Of a stretch of DNA of 64,000 bases, positions 51,020-59,193 are shown in pieces; the first letter of the stretch is position 1, and each line of letters opens with the position of its first letter. Location: the NCBI GenBank assembly GCA_031272025.1, contig JAISUP010000008.1, positions 654-64,653 on the forward strand, given 5' to 3'. Source of the DNA: Bacteroidales bacterium. GTDB taxonomy: Bacteria; Bacteroidota; Bacteroidia; Bacteroidales; WCHB1-69. Below the pieces are notes generated by a model. It worked only from the letters and a program-made list of their open reading frames with translations. It was not told where the DNA came from and ran no database searches. Both the position numbers and the translations under genes were made by a program.

Positions 51020-51027
51020 CGAAGATA
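51020..51027 (-). promoter_or_regulatory. -7 promoter box, TTCGCG variant (TAtcTTCGCG)
   Basis: 47 nt upstream of the prfB ATG at 50972. Confidence 0.45.
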
Positions 51028-51038
51028 CTATAAAATAA

Positions 51039-52502
51039 TCAATTCTGCTTTTCTTCTTCCCAAACTTTACAATGTTTGATAGATAGGCTCCCCGGATTGA
51101 ATTTTGGGGCTTTTATGCCTCTTTTTGTTTGTTGTTCGTAGTCGGCAAAAGTTTTCAGTGCCGTTTTTTGCAACAAGAGTAGTGCCACAATATTGAACCA
51201 TGCCATCAATGCAACCCCGATATCTGCAATATCCCAAGCGGTTTGCATGGAGGAGATGGAGGTGAAATACATGCATATTAAAAATAGCAAACGAATAGAT
51301 AGTAGTGCTGCTTTTTGTTTTTTTTCTTTTCTAAAAAGAAAATAGATGTTGCTTTCTGCTTGAAAATAATAACTCATTAAAGTAGTAAAGGCAAACAAAG
51401 CCAAGACAATGGCTACGAAAGGTGCCCCAAAGCCGGGAAAATGTAAATCTAATCCCATTTGTGTATATATAGGACCATGTTCAACGATTGTAGATGGAAG
51501 ATTGCCCCCGCTGAGAATAACTTGTCCTTTCGCGTCGAACACATCATACATACCGGTAGATAAAATGATGAAGGCAGTAGCAGAACAAACGAGAAGGGTA
51601 TCGGTATACACGGAAAAGGCTTGAACTAATCCTTGTTTTGAAGGATGTGAAACATCAGCCGCTGCCGCCGCGTGAACAGCAGAGCCTTGTCCTGCTTCGT
51701 TTGAATATATGCCGCGCTTTACCCCCATGGCAATCGCCGCTCCTGCTATTCCACTCAAAGCAGGCTCCAAGCCGAAAGCAGATCTGATTATCAGGGTAAA
51801 AACTTCAGGTATCTCTGTATAATGTATGCCTACAACAATAAGAGCCACAATGATATATAATAATGCCATGAATGGTGTGATAAACTCTGCAATTTTAGCA
51901 ATACGTTTTATTCCTCCGAAAATAATAATAGCCAATAAAACTAAAATCGCGGCTCCCGTTATTTTTAAATCTACCCCAAAAGCATGTTGAAAGGCATAAC
52001 CCACATTGTTGGCTTGGACACCGGGGCATAGAATGCCTTCTGCCACAATAGTAATGAGCGCAAATACCATGGCAAAGTATTTGTTTTGCAAACCGTGAAG
52101 AATATAAAAAGCAGGACCTCCACGAAAATGTCCGTCAATTTGTTCTTTGTAAATCTGTCCTAAACTTGCTTCCATATAAGCGGTACTTGCTCCTAAAAAA
52201 GCCGTTAACCACATCCAGAAAACAGCACCGGGACCTCCTAAGGCTATTGCTGTGGCAACCCCCGCGATATTTCCGGTGCCTACTCTTCCTGCTAACGCTA
52301 ACATGAAGGCTTGAAAAGAAGATATGCCCACTTTTGATGATTTACTCACAAAGAGCATTTTTGCCATGCTTTTTAAATAGCGAATTTGTAAAAATCGAGT
52401 ACGAATCGAAAAATATAAGCCTACACATAAGCATAGTAAGACTAATCCCATCCCCATAAGATGCGAACTTAGAAAGGTAATGAACTCAGAGAAAGTATTC
52501 AT
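51039..52502 (-). CDS. alanine/glycine:cation (sodium:alanine) symporter family protein
   Basis: 487 aa with about 11 hydrophobic helices. GGPGAVFWMW and SNEAGQGS motifs are typical of the AGCS family. Confidence 0.85.
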   Translation of the reverse strand: MNTFSEFITFLSSHLMGMGLVLLCLCVGLYFSIRTRFLQIRYLKSMAKMLFVSKSSKVGISSFQAFMLALAGRVGTGNIAGVATAIALGGPGAVFWMWLTAFLGASTAYMEASLGQIYKEQIDGHFRGGPAFYILHGLQNKYFAMVFALITIVAEGILCPGVQANNVGYAFQHAFGVDLKITGAAILVLLAIIIFGGIKRIAKIAEFITPFMALLYIIVALIVVGIHYTEIPEVFTLIIRSAFGLEPALSGIAGAAIAMGVKRGIYSNEAGQGSAVHAAAAADVSHPSKQGLVQAFSVYTDTLLVCSATAFIILSTGMYDVFDAKGQVILSGGNLPSTIVEHGPIYTQMGLDLHFPGFGAPFVAIVLALFAFTTLMSYYFQAESNIYFLFRKEKKQKAALLSIRLLFLICMYFTSISSMQTAWDIADIGVALMAWFNIVALLLLQKTALKTFADYEQQTKRGIKAPKFNPGSLSIKHCKVWEEEKQN

Positions 52503-52547
52503 AATCCATACATAAAATAATAATTATCTTGTTGTTTAAATTTTGTA

Positions 52548-52555
52548 CAAAGATA
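52548..52555 (-). promoter_or_regulatory. -7 promoter box TAtcTTTG
   Basis: 45 nt upstream of the symporter ATG at 52502 and outside the repeat element. Confidence 0.5.
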
Positions 52556-52566
52556 ACAATTTTTTG

Positions 52567-52886
52567 GTTAATATTTTTTTGAGGTGCTATATCCTTTTGA
52601 ATTTCATAGTTCCGCATGGTCGGTTGTAAAAAATTGCCATGTTGATTTGAAAGTTCTTTTTACAAAATTTCCAGTTGTTCTGAGGCTGTCTCAAAAGCTC
52701 GTCATGGCGGCCTTGATCCGCCATCTCCCGAAGACCGCCAAATGCTAAATAATTGTATATTAATTTTTAACGATTAGAAGGGGATTCCGGCTTTCGCCGG
52801 AATGATGCAGCTTTTCTACTTTTGAGACAGCCTCTTAATAAAGCGTTTTCCCCGCGGGAAAAATAGCACCTCAAAAAAATATTAAC
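52567..52886. mobile_element. 320-bp MITE-like element bounded by perfect 24-bp terminal inverted repeats
   Basis: GTTAATATTTTTTTGAGGTGCTAT at 52567-52590 has its exact reverse complement at 52863-52886. There is no coding capacity and no obvious target-site duplication. Confidence 0.4.
52682..52834. repeat. 153-bp palindromic REP-like pair (copy C, plus strand, 52682-52764; copy B, minus strand, 52755-52834) nested in the MITE-like element
   Basis: The 16-bp termini are perfect: GAGGCTGTCTCAAAAG at 52682-52697 and CTTTTGAGACAGCCTC at 52819-52834. The two units are joined tail to tail at TATATTAAT. Each unit carries a hairpin of different sequence. Confidence 0.8.
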
Positions 52887-52928
52887 GAAAAGAAACTTAT
52901 CAAACATGATGCCAAATCTGCCGAAATT

Positions 52929-53066
52929 ATACGACCGTTTTTTATAGACATCTTCTTTTTCTAATAATTTTTCTTTTAATGTTTTTCACGGTGCAAAAAT
53001 ACAACTTTTAACCGAATAAGCACACATTTTTTTTTTTCATTTTCTGTCTATAACAAACGGTCGTAT
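52929..53066. promoter_or_regulatory. candidate invertible promoter: a 22-bp inverted repeat flanking a 94-bp segment with a central promoter box
   Basis: ATACGACCGTTTTTTATAGACA (52929-52950) against TGTCTATAACAAACGGTCGTAT (53045-53066) gives 21/22 complementary positions. The TATTTTTGCAC box sits exactly mid-segment. Confidence 0.3.
52994..53001 (-). promoter_or_regulatory. orphan -7 promoter box TAttTTTG(CA) pointing away from the methyltransferase gene
   Basis: The reverse complement of GTGCAAAAATA. No annotated gene starts within 400 nt downstream on the minus strand. Confidence 0.4.
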
Positions 53067-53116
53067 TTTCACGACAATTACGATAATATTTTAAAAATTA
53101 AAAAATAAATGCAACC

Positions 53117-53839
53117 ATGTTAAGTAGAAAAGTTACCAATGCCATCCGGTTTGTAATGGACGAATTACTGCCGCCAATAATCAGAGATAACAAATATTTT
53201 ATGTATCCGTTCTTCTTTTTTTGGTTCAAGGGTAAAAATACAAAAGCATGGATGAATATAAAATCTGTCTTTTATAAACTATCTGATAAAGAATATGTTT
53301 CATTTTATGATCTTTATGAAAATGGCGCGTACATATCTAAACGCGTAACTGATTTGAGCGAGCGCACCATTTCATTTATTATTAACAGTTTGAATGAATA
53401 TGAGGTATTGCACCATGAATATAGTATACTTGACGTTGGTTGTGGAAAAGGATATTTGCTCAAACGATTGCATGATGCTGGCTTTCATAATTTAACAGGT
53501 GTTGATTTAGCAACGTCATCTCTATATAATGAAATAGAAATAATAAACGGTAATGTAGAAGATTTACCCTTTGATAATAAATCTTTTGATGTTGTTCTTT
53601 GTAGCCATACATTAGAACATGTTTTAAATTTAACACAAGCCATATCTGAATTAAAGAGAGTTGCAAGAAAGATATTAATCATTACGGTGCCGAGACAGCG
53701 TTACTACCATTATACATTAGATGGGCATATAAATTTTTTCCCCGAAAAGTCTTATCTACTAAAAGCACTTGATATAACGGATGAAAAAACAACTTGTAAA
53801 AATATCAGCGGGGATTGGACTGTAATAATTGAACTCTAA
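53117..53839 (+). CDS. class I SAM-dependent methyltransferase (Methyltransf_11-like)
   Basis: Motif I ILDVGCGKGYLLKRL, a post-I acidic residue (GVDL), and FDVVLCSHTLEHV. The gene is visibly more AT-rich than its neighbours. Confidence 0.75.
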   Translation: MLSRKVTNAIRFVMDELLPPIIRDNKYFMYPFFFFWFKGKNTKAWMNIKSVFYKLSDKEYVSFYDLYENGAYISKRVTDLSERTISFIINSLNEYEVLHHEYSILDVGCGKGYLLKRLHDAGFHNLTGVDLATSSLYNEIEIINGNVEDLPFDNKSFDVVLCSHTLEHVLNLTQAISELKRVARKILIITVPRQRYYHYTLDGHINFFPEKSYLLKALDITDEKTTCKNISGDWTVIIEL

Positions 53840-53999
53840 CCTTGAGCAGTTCGGCGGTTTCGCGGGTGACTTCGGCATCGTGCCATGTGTTGTTAATTTT
53901 GATAAATATCAATTCTTCAATGATTTACGTATTTTGGGGAAATGTTAGGGGTTAAGAAGAATGAACCGTGGGATTTATAGAAGAAAGATACGGAAAAAT

Positions 54000-54635
54000 T
54001 TAGTTTTTCTCGTTTTTGTCGCAAATGGGTTCCAAGCCACAGGATGTACATTTGGGTTTTTTGGCGGTACAAACGTAGCGACCGTGCAAAATAAGCCAAT
54101 GATGGGCTTTGTGTATCAGTGCTTTTGGGAAATGTTGGGTCAGTTGTTTTTCTACTTCTAATGGGGTGTCGGCGTGTTGTACGATGCCCAGCCGGTTGGC
54201 TACCCTGAACACGTGGGTATCTACTGCCATTGCCGGCTGATGAAACCATACCGATAGCATGACATTCGCGGTTTTGCGTCCTACCCCGGGTAACGATTCC
54301 AACCCTTCTCGGGTAGAGGGCACTTCTCCATGAAACTCACGGGATATTTTCTCCGCTAATCCTTTCAAATGAGCGCTTTTACTGTTGGGATAGGAGACTG
54401 ATTTTACGATATGAAAGATGTCTTCTAATGAAGCAGCGGCAAGTTGAGTGGGAGTAGGATAGTGCTCGAAAAGGACCGGGGTTATCATGTTTACTCGCTT
54501 GTCGGTACATTGTGCCGACAGTACCACGGCAACGAGCAATTGAAACGCGCTATTATAGTGTAACTCAGAAGTAGCGTTAGGTCGTTCTGCTTCAAAATAA
54601 CGAATCAGGTAATCGTATTTTTGTTTCAGTGTCAT
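54000..54635 (-). CDS. nth: endonuclease III
   Basis: HhH-GPD with LPGVGRKTANV, the catalytic region DTHVFRV, and a C-terminal 4Fe-4S cluster C-x6-C-x2-C-x5-C (CTAKKPKCTSCGLEPIC). The ATG at 54635 is 8 nt after the lysA stop. Confidence 0.9.
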   Translation of the reverse strand: MTLKQKYDYLIRYFEAERPNATSELHYNSAFQLLVAVVLSAQCTDKRVNMITPVLFEHYPTPTQLAAASLEDIFHIVKSVSYPNSKSAHLKGLAEKISREFHGEVPSTREGLESLPGVGRKTANVMLSVWFHQPAMAVDTHVFRVANRLGIVQHADTPLEVEKQLTQHFPKALIHKAHHWLILHGRYVCTAKKPKCTSCGLEPICDKNEKN

Positions 54636-54642
54636 ATCATGT

Positions 54643-55824
54643 TTATTTGTGATGGAATATTTCTTCAGAGGTGTGGCTGGTGGGCAACGCGCGCAGGTTG
54701 TATCCCGATGCCATTGCTTCCCCGTAGGCACCGGTAGAGCGTAACGCGAGCAAGTCCCCTCGACAAGTCGTCGCGAGTGGAAAGTCGCGTGCAAAAAGAT
54801 CGCTACTTTCGCATACCGGTCCTACTACATCATATACGCGTGCCTCAGTAGAAACGGACGTGATGTTCTCTATCCTATGATAGGCTTGATAAAGTGCGGG
54901 GCGTAAAAGGTCGGTCATGGCGGCATCTACAATGGCAAAGGTTTTTTGTTCTCCTTCTTTTACATATAAAACTTTGGTAATGAGTGTCCCGCAGGCTGCC
55001 ACTAATGAACGACCCAACTCAAAATGCAGTTTTTGCCCTTCTCGAAGGTGTAAATGTTCGCGAAATATCCTAAAATATGCTTCAAAATCGGCAACGGGGT
55101 GATGATTGGGGTGTTCGTAGTTGATGCCCAAACCGCCGCCCACGTTGATATGCTTTAAATAAATGCCGCATGCCGCCATGCTATCCTGCAAGTCGTTCAA
55201 AACCCTGCATAAGTCTTTAAATGGGCTAAATTCAACAATTTGAGAACCTATATGGGCGTGGATTCCTTCCAGCGACAAATGAGGGTAGTGAAGGGAGGTA
55301 TCTATTGCCGCGGACAATGCCGATAGCGGGATACCGAATTTATTTTCCGTGAGACCGGTAGTGATATAGTGATGGGTGTGGGCGTTCACGTTGGGATTTA
55401 CGCGCAGGGCTATTCTTGCCGTTTTGCCTGCACGTGCGGCAATTTCTCCAATGACTTGTATTTCAGGAATAGATTCTACATTGAAACAGGCAATGTCGTG
55501 TTGTAGTGCTAATTCTATTTCCCAATCGGCTTTACCTACCCCGGCAAACAAGATACGTGCCGGAGCGATTCCCGCGGCGAGCGCGGCGAGAATCTCGTTC
55601 CCGCTCACGCAGTCGGCTCCAAGGTTAGCACGTGATACGCGAGAAAGAATTTGAGCATGTGCGTTGGCTTTCAGGGCATAATGTATCAAAAATGACACAT
55701 CAGATACCGACATCAGTGCCCGCGACAACGTGTGCTCCAACAATTCTAAATCGTAATAATAAAAAGGGGTGCTCCATGTTTTAAATTGTTCCACGGGAAA
55801 ACTCCCCCGCATAATGATTGACAT
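54643..55824 (-). CDS. lysA: diaminopimelate decarboxylase
   Basis: PLP-lysine region YALKAN, HIGSQ, GGGLGI, and GPVCESSD with a C-terminal GAYG. Confidence 0.9.
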   Translation of the reverse strand: MSIIMRGSFPVEQFKTWSTPFYYYDLELLEHTLSRALMSVSDVSFLIHYALKANAHAQILSRVSRANLGADCVSGNEILAALAAGIAPARILFAGVGKADWEIELALQHDIACFNVESIPEIQVIGEIAARAGKTARIALRVNPNVNAHTHHYITTGLTENKFGIPLSALSAAIDTSLHYPHLSLEGIHAHIGSQIVEFSPFKDLCRVLNDLQDSMAACGIYLKHINVGGGLGINYEHPNHHPVADFEAYFRIFREHLHLREGQKLHFELGRSLVAACGTLITKVLYVKEGEQKTFAIVDAAMTDLLRPALYQAYHRIENITSVSTEARVYDVVGPVCESSDLFARDFPLATTCRGDLLALRSTGAYGEAMASGYNLRALPTSHTSEEIFHHK

Positions 55825-55878
55825 CTTAAATGTTCTTGTTTCAAAAAAAAGTTAACCCTATACTATAAAAAATGGTCG

Positions 55879-55886
55879 CGAAGGTA
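55879..55886 (-). promoter_or_regulatory. -7 promoter box, TTCGCG variant (TAccTTCGCG)
   Basis: 54 nt upstream of the lysA ATG at 55824. Confidence 0.45.
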
Positions 55887-55893
55887 CAAAAAA

Positions 55894-57006
55894 TTATTCA
55901 TTGTTATCCTCGTCTAATACTCTGTACTTGATATAATGTCTCCATTTTTCGATGACTGTTTGGAAGTCTTCGGGTAAAATGGAGTCAAAAAAGACGTGTT
56001 CTTCTGTCGCGGGGTGAATAAACCCTAAAGATTTGGCATGTAAAGCTTGTCTGGGCATGATCTTGAAACAATTGTGAATAAATTGCTTATATTTCGAGTA
56101 GGTGGTACCTTTCAATATTTCGTTACCGCCGTACGTGCTATCGTTAAAGAGAGGGTGCCCGATATGTCGCATGTGTACGCGAATTTGATGGGTACGTCCT
56201 GTTTCTAATGTACACTCTACTAAGGTAACGTATCCGAATCTTTCCAATACTTTATAATGGGTTACGGCGTATTTTCCTTTTTCGCTGTCTGCACACACGG
56301 TGCGTATGGTACGGTCTATGGGGTGTCGCCCTATATATCCTTCTATGGTACCGGCATCTTCTTTGAGGTCGCCCCATACCAATGCCCAATACGAACGGTC
56401 TATGTCGTGGTCGAAAAAGTGCTTCGACAGTCTCAATTGGGCTAATTCTGTCTTGGCTACGACCATGACACCTGAGGTATTTTTGTCAATGCGATGCACG
56501 AGTAGGGGACGATAGGGTTCCCCTTCTGGAGAATATTTATTTTCGAGATGGTAAAGCAAAGCATTGAGTAAAGTGCCCGTGTAATTGGCGTAAGCAGGAT
56601 GCACCACCAACCCCGGCTGTTTGTTTACCACCAAAAGATGGTCGTCTTCGTAGGCAATGTCTATAGGAATATCTTCTGCCACGAGTTCTAACTCTTTGGG
56701 AGGGTTAGGCAAAAGTACGGTAATTACATCGCTGGGTTTTACCCGATAGTTTTGTTTTTCAGATGTCCCGTTGACCAAAATACAGCCTGCCTTTGCTGCT
56801 TGTTGTACTTTCGTCCGCGAAACGTTAGGTATTAAATTTTGCAAATACTTGTCTATCCGAATTAAAGCAGTCCCTTTGTCTACTTCAAAACGAAAATGTT
56901 CAAATAGTTCTTCTTTGTCGTCTTGTCCTATAAGGCATTCGTCTTCGTGTACTTCCTGTTGAACAATATCGGGGGTTTCTTTGGGGATTATCTCTTCTGT
57001 TTTCAT
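55894..57006 (-). CDS. rluD: RluA-family 23S rRNA pseudouridine synthase (RluD-like)
   Basis: An N-terminal S4 domain (RIDKYL), the catalytic HRIDKNTSGVMVVAKT, and GRTHQIRVH. Confidence 0.85.
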   Translation of the reverse strand: MKTEEIIPKETPDIVQQEVHEDECLIGQDDKEELFEHFRFEVDKGTALIRIDKYLQNLIPNVSRTKVQQAAKAGCILVNGTSEKQNYRVKPSDVITVLLPNPPKELELVAEDIPIDIAYEDDHLLVVNKQPGLVVHPAYANYTGTLLNALLYHLENKYSPEGEPYRPLLVHRIDKNTSGVMVVAKTELAQLRLSKHFFDHDIDRSYWALVWGDLKEDAGTIEGYIGRHPIDRTIRTVCADSEKGKYAVTHYKVLERFGYVTLVECTLETGRTHQIRVHMRHIGHPLFNDSTYGGNEILKGTTYSKYKQFIHNCFKIMPRQALHAKSLGFIHPATEEHVFFDSILPEDFQTVIEKWRHYIKYRVLDEDNNE

Positions 57007-57021
57007 GCGAATGATTTTATT

Positions 57022-58011
57022 TTAAACATATACTTCTAATAAAGTAGAAGGTAGCACGGGGACGAGATTTAAGGTTTCCATGATTGCCGGTTTGAGAATG
57101 ACATCGCCCGCGCGGGCAATTTCTATGTTATTGTCGTACAAGAAGTGGACTTCTCCTGCCGTGCACATGTAAATCACGAAAGAATCTATGGTAGTATAAT
57201 TTTTTTGTAAGGGGCGGTCGAGGTGTAGGTAATTGATATTAAAGTAGCGGTCGCGCAGTAGCGGCACGCTTTGATTTGTCAATGGTTTATAATTGATTTT
57301 CAGTGGTTCATGCTGATTAAAGTGAATGGCATCCACGGCTTCTTCGAGGTGGAGTTCGCGGGGGAGCCCGTGCTCGTCTTTTCTGTTCCAATCAAATACG
57401 CGATAAGTAATGTCGGAGGCTTCCTGAATTTCTGCTAATAAAACGCCTTTTCCTATGGCATGTAATGTGCCTGCCGGGATATAGAACGTGTCTCCCTCCG
57501 TGACAGGGTAAAATTGCAAGAGTGTATTTACGTTTCCCGCGCTCACGGCATGGAGGTAGTCGGCTTTCGATATATCCGGTTTCAATCCCACGTATAATCC
57601 CGCCCCGGGGTCGGCGTGCACCACGTGCCATAACTCACTTTTCCCGTTAAGACCGTGTCTTTGTTGCGCGAGGTCATCATCAGGGTGTACTTGCACCGAT
57701 AGCGCATCTGCCGCGTCTATCCACTTAATGAGCAAGGGAAAGCCTAACCCGAACTTTTGAAATACACTGTCGCCAACTAAGTCGTCCATGTATATTTCTA
57801 TCAATTCATTAAGATCGTTTTCGGCGAGAAAACCATGTTCTACAACAGATACGGCATCTTCCATCCCCGACAATTCCCAACTTTCCCCACAATTGGGCAA
57901 TGGAGAAAAATCTTTGTGTAAATAGCATTTCATTTTTTGTCCACCCCATACTTTATCCTTAAAAATAGGGATAAATTTTAGCGGGTACAACCTGTTTTCG
58001 GTATGATTCAT
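57022..58011 (-). CDS. manA: class I mannose-6-phosphate isomerase
   Basis: GESWELSG, LSVQVHPDD and a cupin core YIPAGTLHAIG. Confidence 0.8.
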   Translation of the reverse strand: MNHTENRLYPLKFIPIFKDKVWGGQKMKCYLHKDFSPLPNCGESWELSGMEDAVSVVEHGFLAENDLNELIEIYMDDLVGDSVFQKFGLGFPLLIKWIDAADALSVQVHPDDDLAQQRHGLNGKSELWHVVHADPGAGLYVGLKPDISKADYLHAVSAGNVNTLLQFYPVTEGDTFYIPAGTLHAIGKGVLLAEIQEASDITYRVFDWNRKDEHGLPRELHLEEAVDAIHFNQHEPLKINYKPLTNQSVPLLRDRYFNINYLHLDRPLQKNYTTIDSFVIYMCTAGEVHFLYDNNIEIARAGDVILKPAIMETLNLVPVLPSTLLEVYV

Positions 58012-58040
58012 TATATTTAAAACTTATTTCTTCTGTATAA

Positions 58041-59123
58041 TTATTTAGATAGATAAAAATCTCTATGTTTCACGGGATGCGGTACAATAACCCGTTTGTC
58101 GGTCTTGTCGCGGGCTTCCACGTTAGGAATATATACCCATTTGTAATTTTGATATATAAAACCTTGATTTAAACTGGTTTCAGGAACCATAAACGCGGGA
58201 ATTTCCGGCATTTTATTGTCCATGGGAATCAATTGATTAAAAACAATCATGTCGTTTTCCACGGGTTCTTCTACCGCCCGATGCGTTTTTGGGTCTTTCT
58301 TCTCGCTTTTGACCTTATAAATTTGTTTGTCATAACGAAGGGTTAATGTAGATAATTTATTATAATTTAGTAAAATACGAGATACTCTTGGGGTGGATTT
58401 GTTGGGCGAATCATAGTCGGCTAAGGGGCGTCGCTCTTCTGTTTTGGGTGGCCAGTCTTTGAATACTTTTGCTCCAAAAACAGGCTTGTCATTTTTAAAA
58501 TGCAATATTTCAATTAGTTTTTGATTCGTGAAAAAATCGTTACTATTCCAACCCAGCAAAGCATAATAGGTCGTGGCGTTTAGTTCAAAGGGGACAATGG
58601 CATAATAAATCGCCCCGTACCAAAAGTTATGGTCCCCAATAAAGGTAGTAGGATTGTCAATATGAGCACGTTTGTCGTAAAGAGGAAAAATGAAATTGCG
58701 ATGCTTTTCAATAAATTTTGCCCGTTGTTTTCCTTTGATATTCGGGGGATATCGCACGAGTTGTTCGGGTACGTGATATTGTATAAAACCGTAACATTCC
58801 ATACTTTGGTCTGGTTTGGGCAAAGCCCATGTAAACAATCGTAGCCGGTTGTCGGGGGCAGCAATGACCGTGAAATTACGTACCGAATCCCACGAGAAAG
58901 CGAAAGATTGCGGCAAACGCAATACTTGCTCTAACAAACTCATGAACTGTTCGTTGAGCAATGCCCGTTCCGACTCTCCCGTGGCATTGATAACTTGTCC
59001 GCGTACCCGAATAAGAGAATCCTCCCATGCCCGAAAATTGACCTTTTCCATAGATTGAGAGAAAACAATACCACCAAAGCACGTAAAACTCACGTATACA
59101 AATATTTTAGATATTCTTAACAT
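58041..59123 (-). CDS. hypothetical exported protein
   Basis: Signal peptide MLRISKIFVYVSFTCFGGIVFSQS. 360 aa with no motif recognised. It is the first gene of a co-directional hyp-manA-rluD string. Confidence 0.5.
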   Translation of the reverse strand: MLRISKIFVYVSFTCFGGIVFSQSMEKVNFRAWEDSLIRVRGQVINATGESERALLNEQFMSLLEQVLRLPQSFAFSWDSVRNFTVIAAPDNRLRLFTWALPKPDQSMECYGFIQYHVPEQLVRYPPNIKGKQRAKFIEKHRNFIFPLYDKRAHIDNPTTFIGDHNFWYGAIYYAIVPFELNATTYYALLGWNSNDFFTNQKLIEILHFKNDKPVFGAKVFKDWPPKTEERRPLADYDSPNKSTPRVSRILLNYNKLSTLTLRYDKQIYKVKSEKKDPKTHRAVEEPVENDMIVFNQLIPMDNKMPEIPAFMVPETSLNQGFIYQNYKWVYIPNVEARDKTDKRVIVPHPVKHRDFYLSK

Positions 59124-59128
59124 CTACG

Positions 59129-59136
59129 CGAAAATA
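59129..59136 (-). promoter_or_regulatory. -7 promoter box, TTCGCG variant (TAttTTCGCG)
   Basis: Only 5 nt upstream of the ATG at 59123, implying a leaderless or near-leaderless mRNA. Confidence 0.4.
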
Positions 59137-59163
59137 CAAAAAATATTATTAAGAAAAAAAACG

Positions 59164-59171
59164 TATTTTTG
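59164..59171 (+). promoter_or_regulatory. -7 promoter box TAttTTTG
   Basis: 22 nt upstream of the ATG at 59194. Confidence 0.45.
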
Positions 59172-59193
59172 TTGCCGATAAATTAAAATATTC

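Noticed and set aside
52846-52862. The hairpin TTTTCCC-CGC-GGGAAAA as a rho-independent terminator
   Set aside because: No T-run follows it on either strand, and it lies between divergent gene starts where no terminator is expected. I treat it as part of the repeat element.
52871-52951. A 26-codon ORF (MSIKNGRIISADLASCLISFFSLIFF) downstream of the orphan promoter box
   Set aside because: It is very short, its tail is encoded by the A/T-run of the 24-bp inverted repeat, and there is no supporting signal. I note it only as a possibility within the inverton finding.
52503-52990. A glycine riboswitch upstream of the alanine/glycine symporter gene
   Set aside because: I could not find the tandem conserved cores (GGAGAG ... 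ACCGAAGG-like) on the minus strand. The symporter's own promoter box also leaves only about a 45-nt leader.
53101-53116. TAAATGCAACC immediately before the methyltransferase ATG as its promoter
   Set aside because: It lacks one T of the TTTG core and ends 3 nt before the ATG, so it cannot serve as a -7 box for this start codon.
53917-54794. A 110-aa ORF (53917-54249) and the long N-terminal extension of nth (to 54794)
   Set aside because: The 110-aa ORF is an alternative frame within nth. The extension overlaps the lysA 3-prime end, whereas the ATG at 54635 gives a canonical MTLKQKY... endonuclease III N-terminus.
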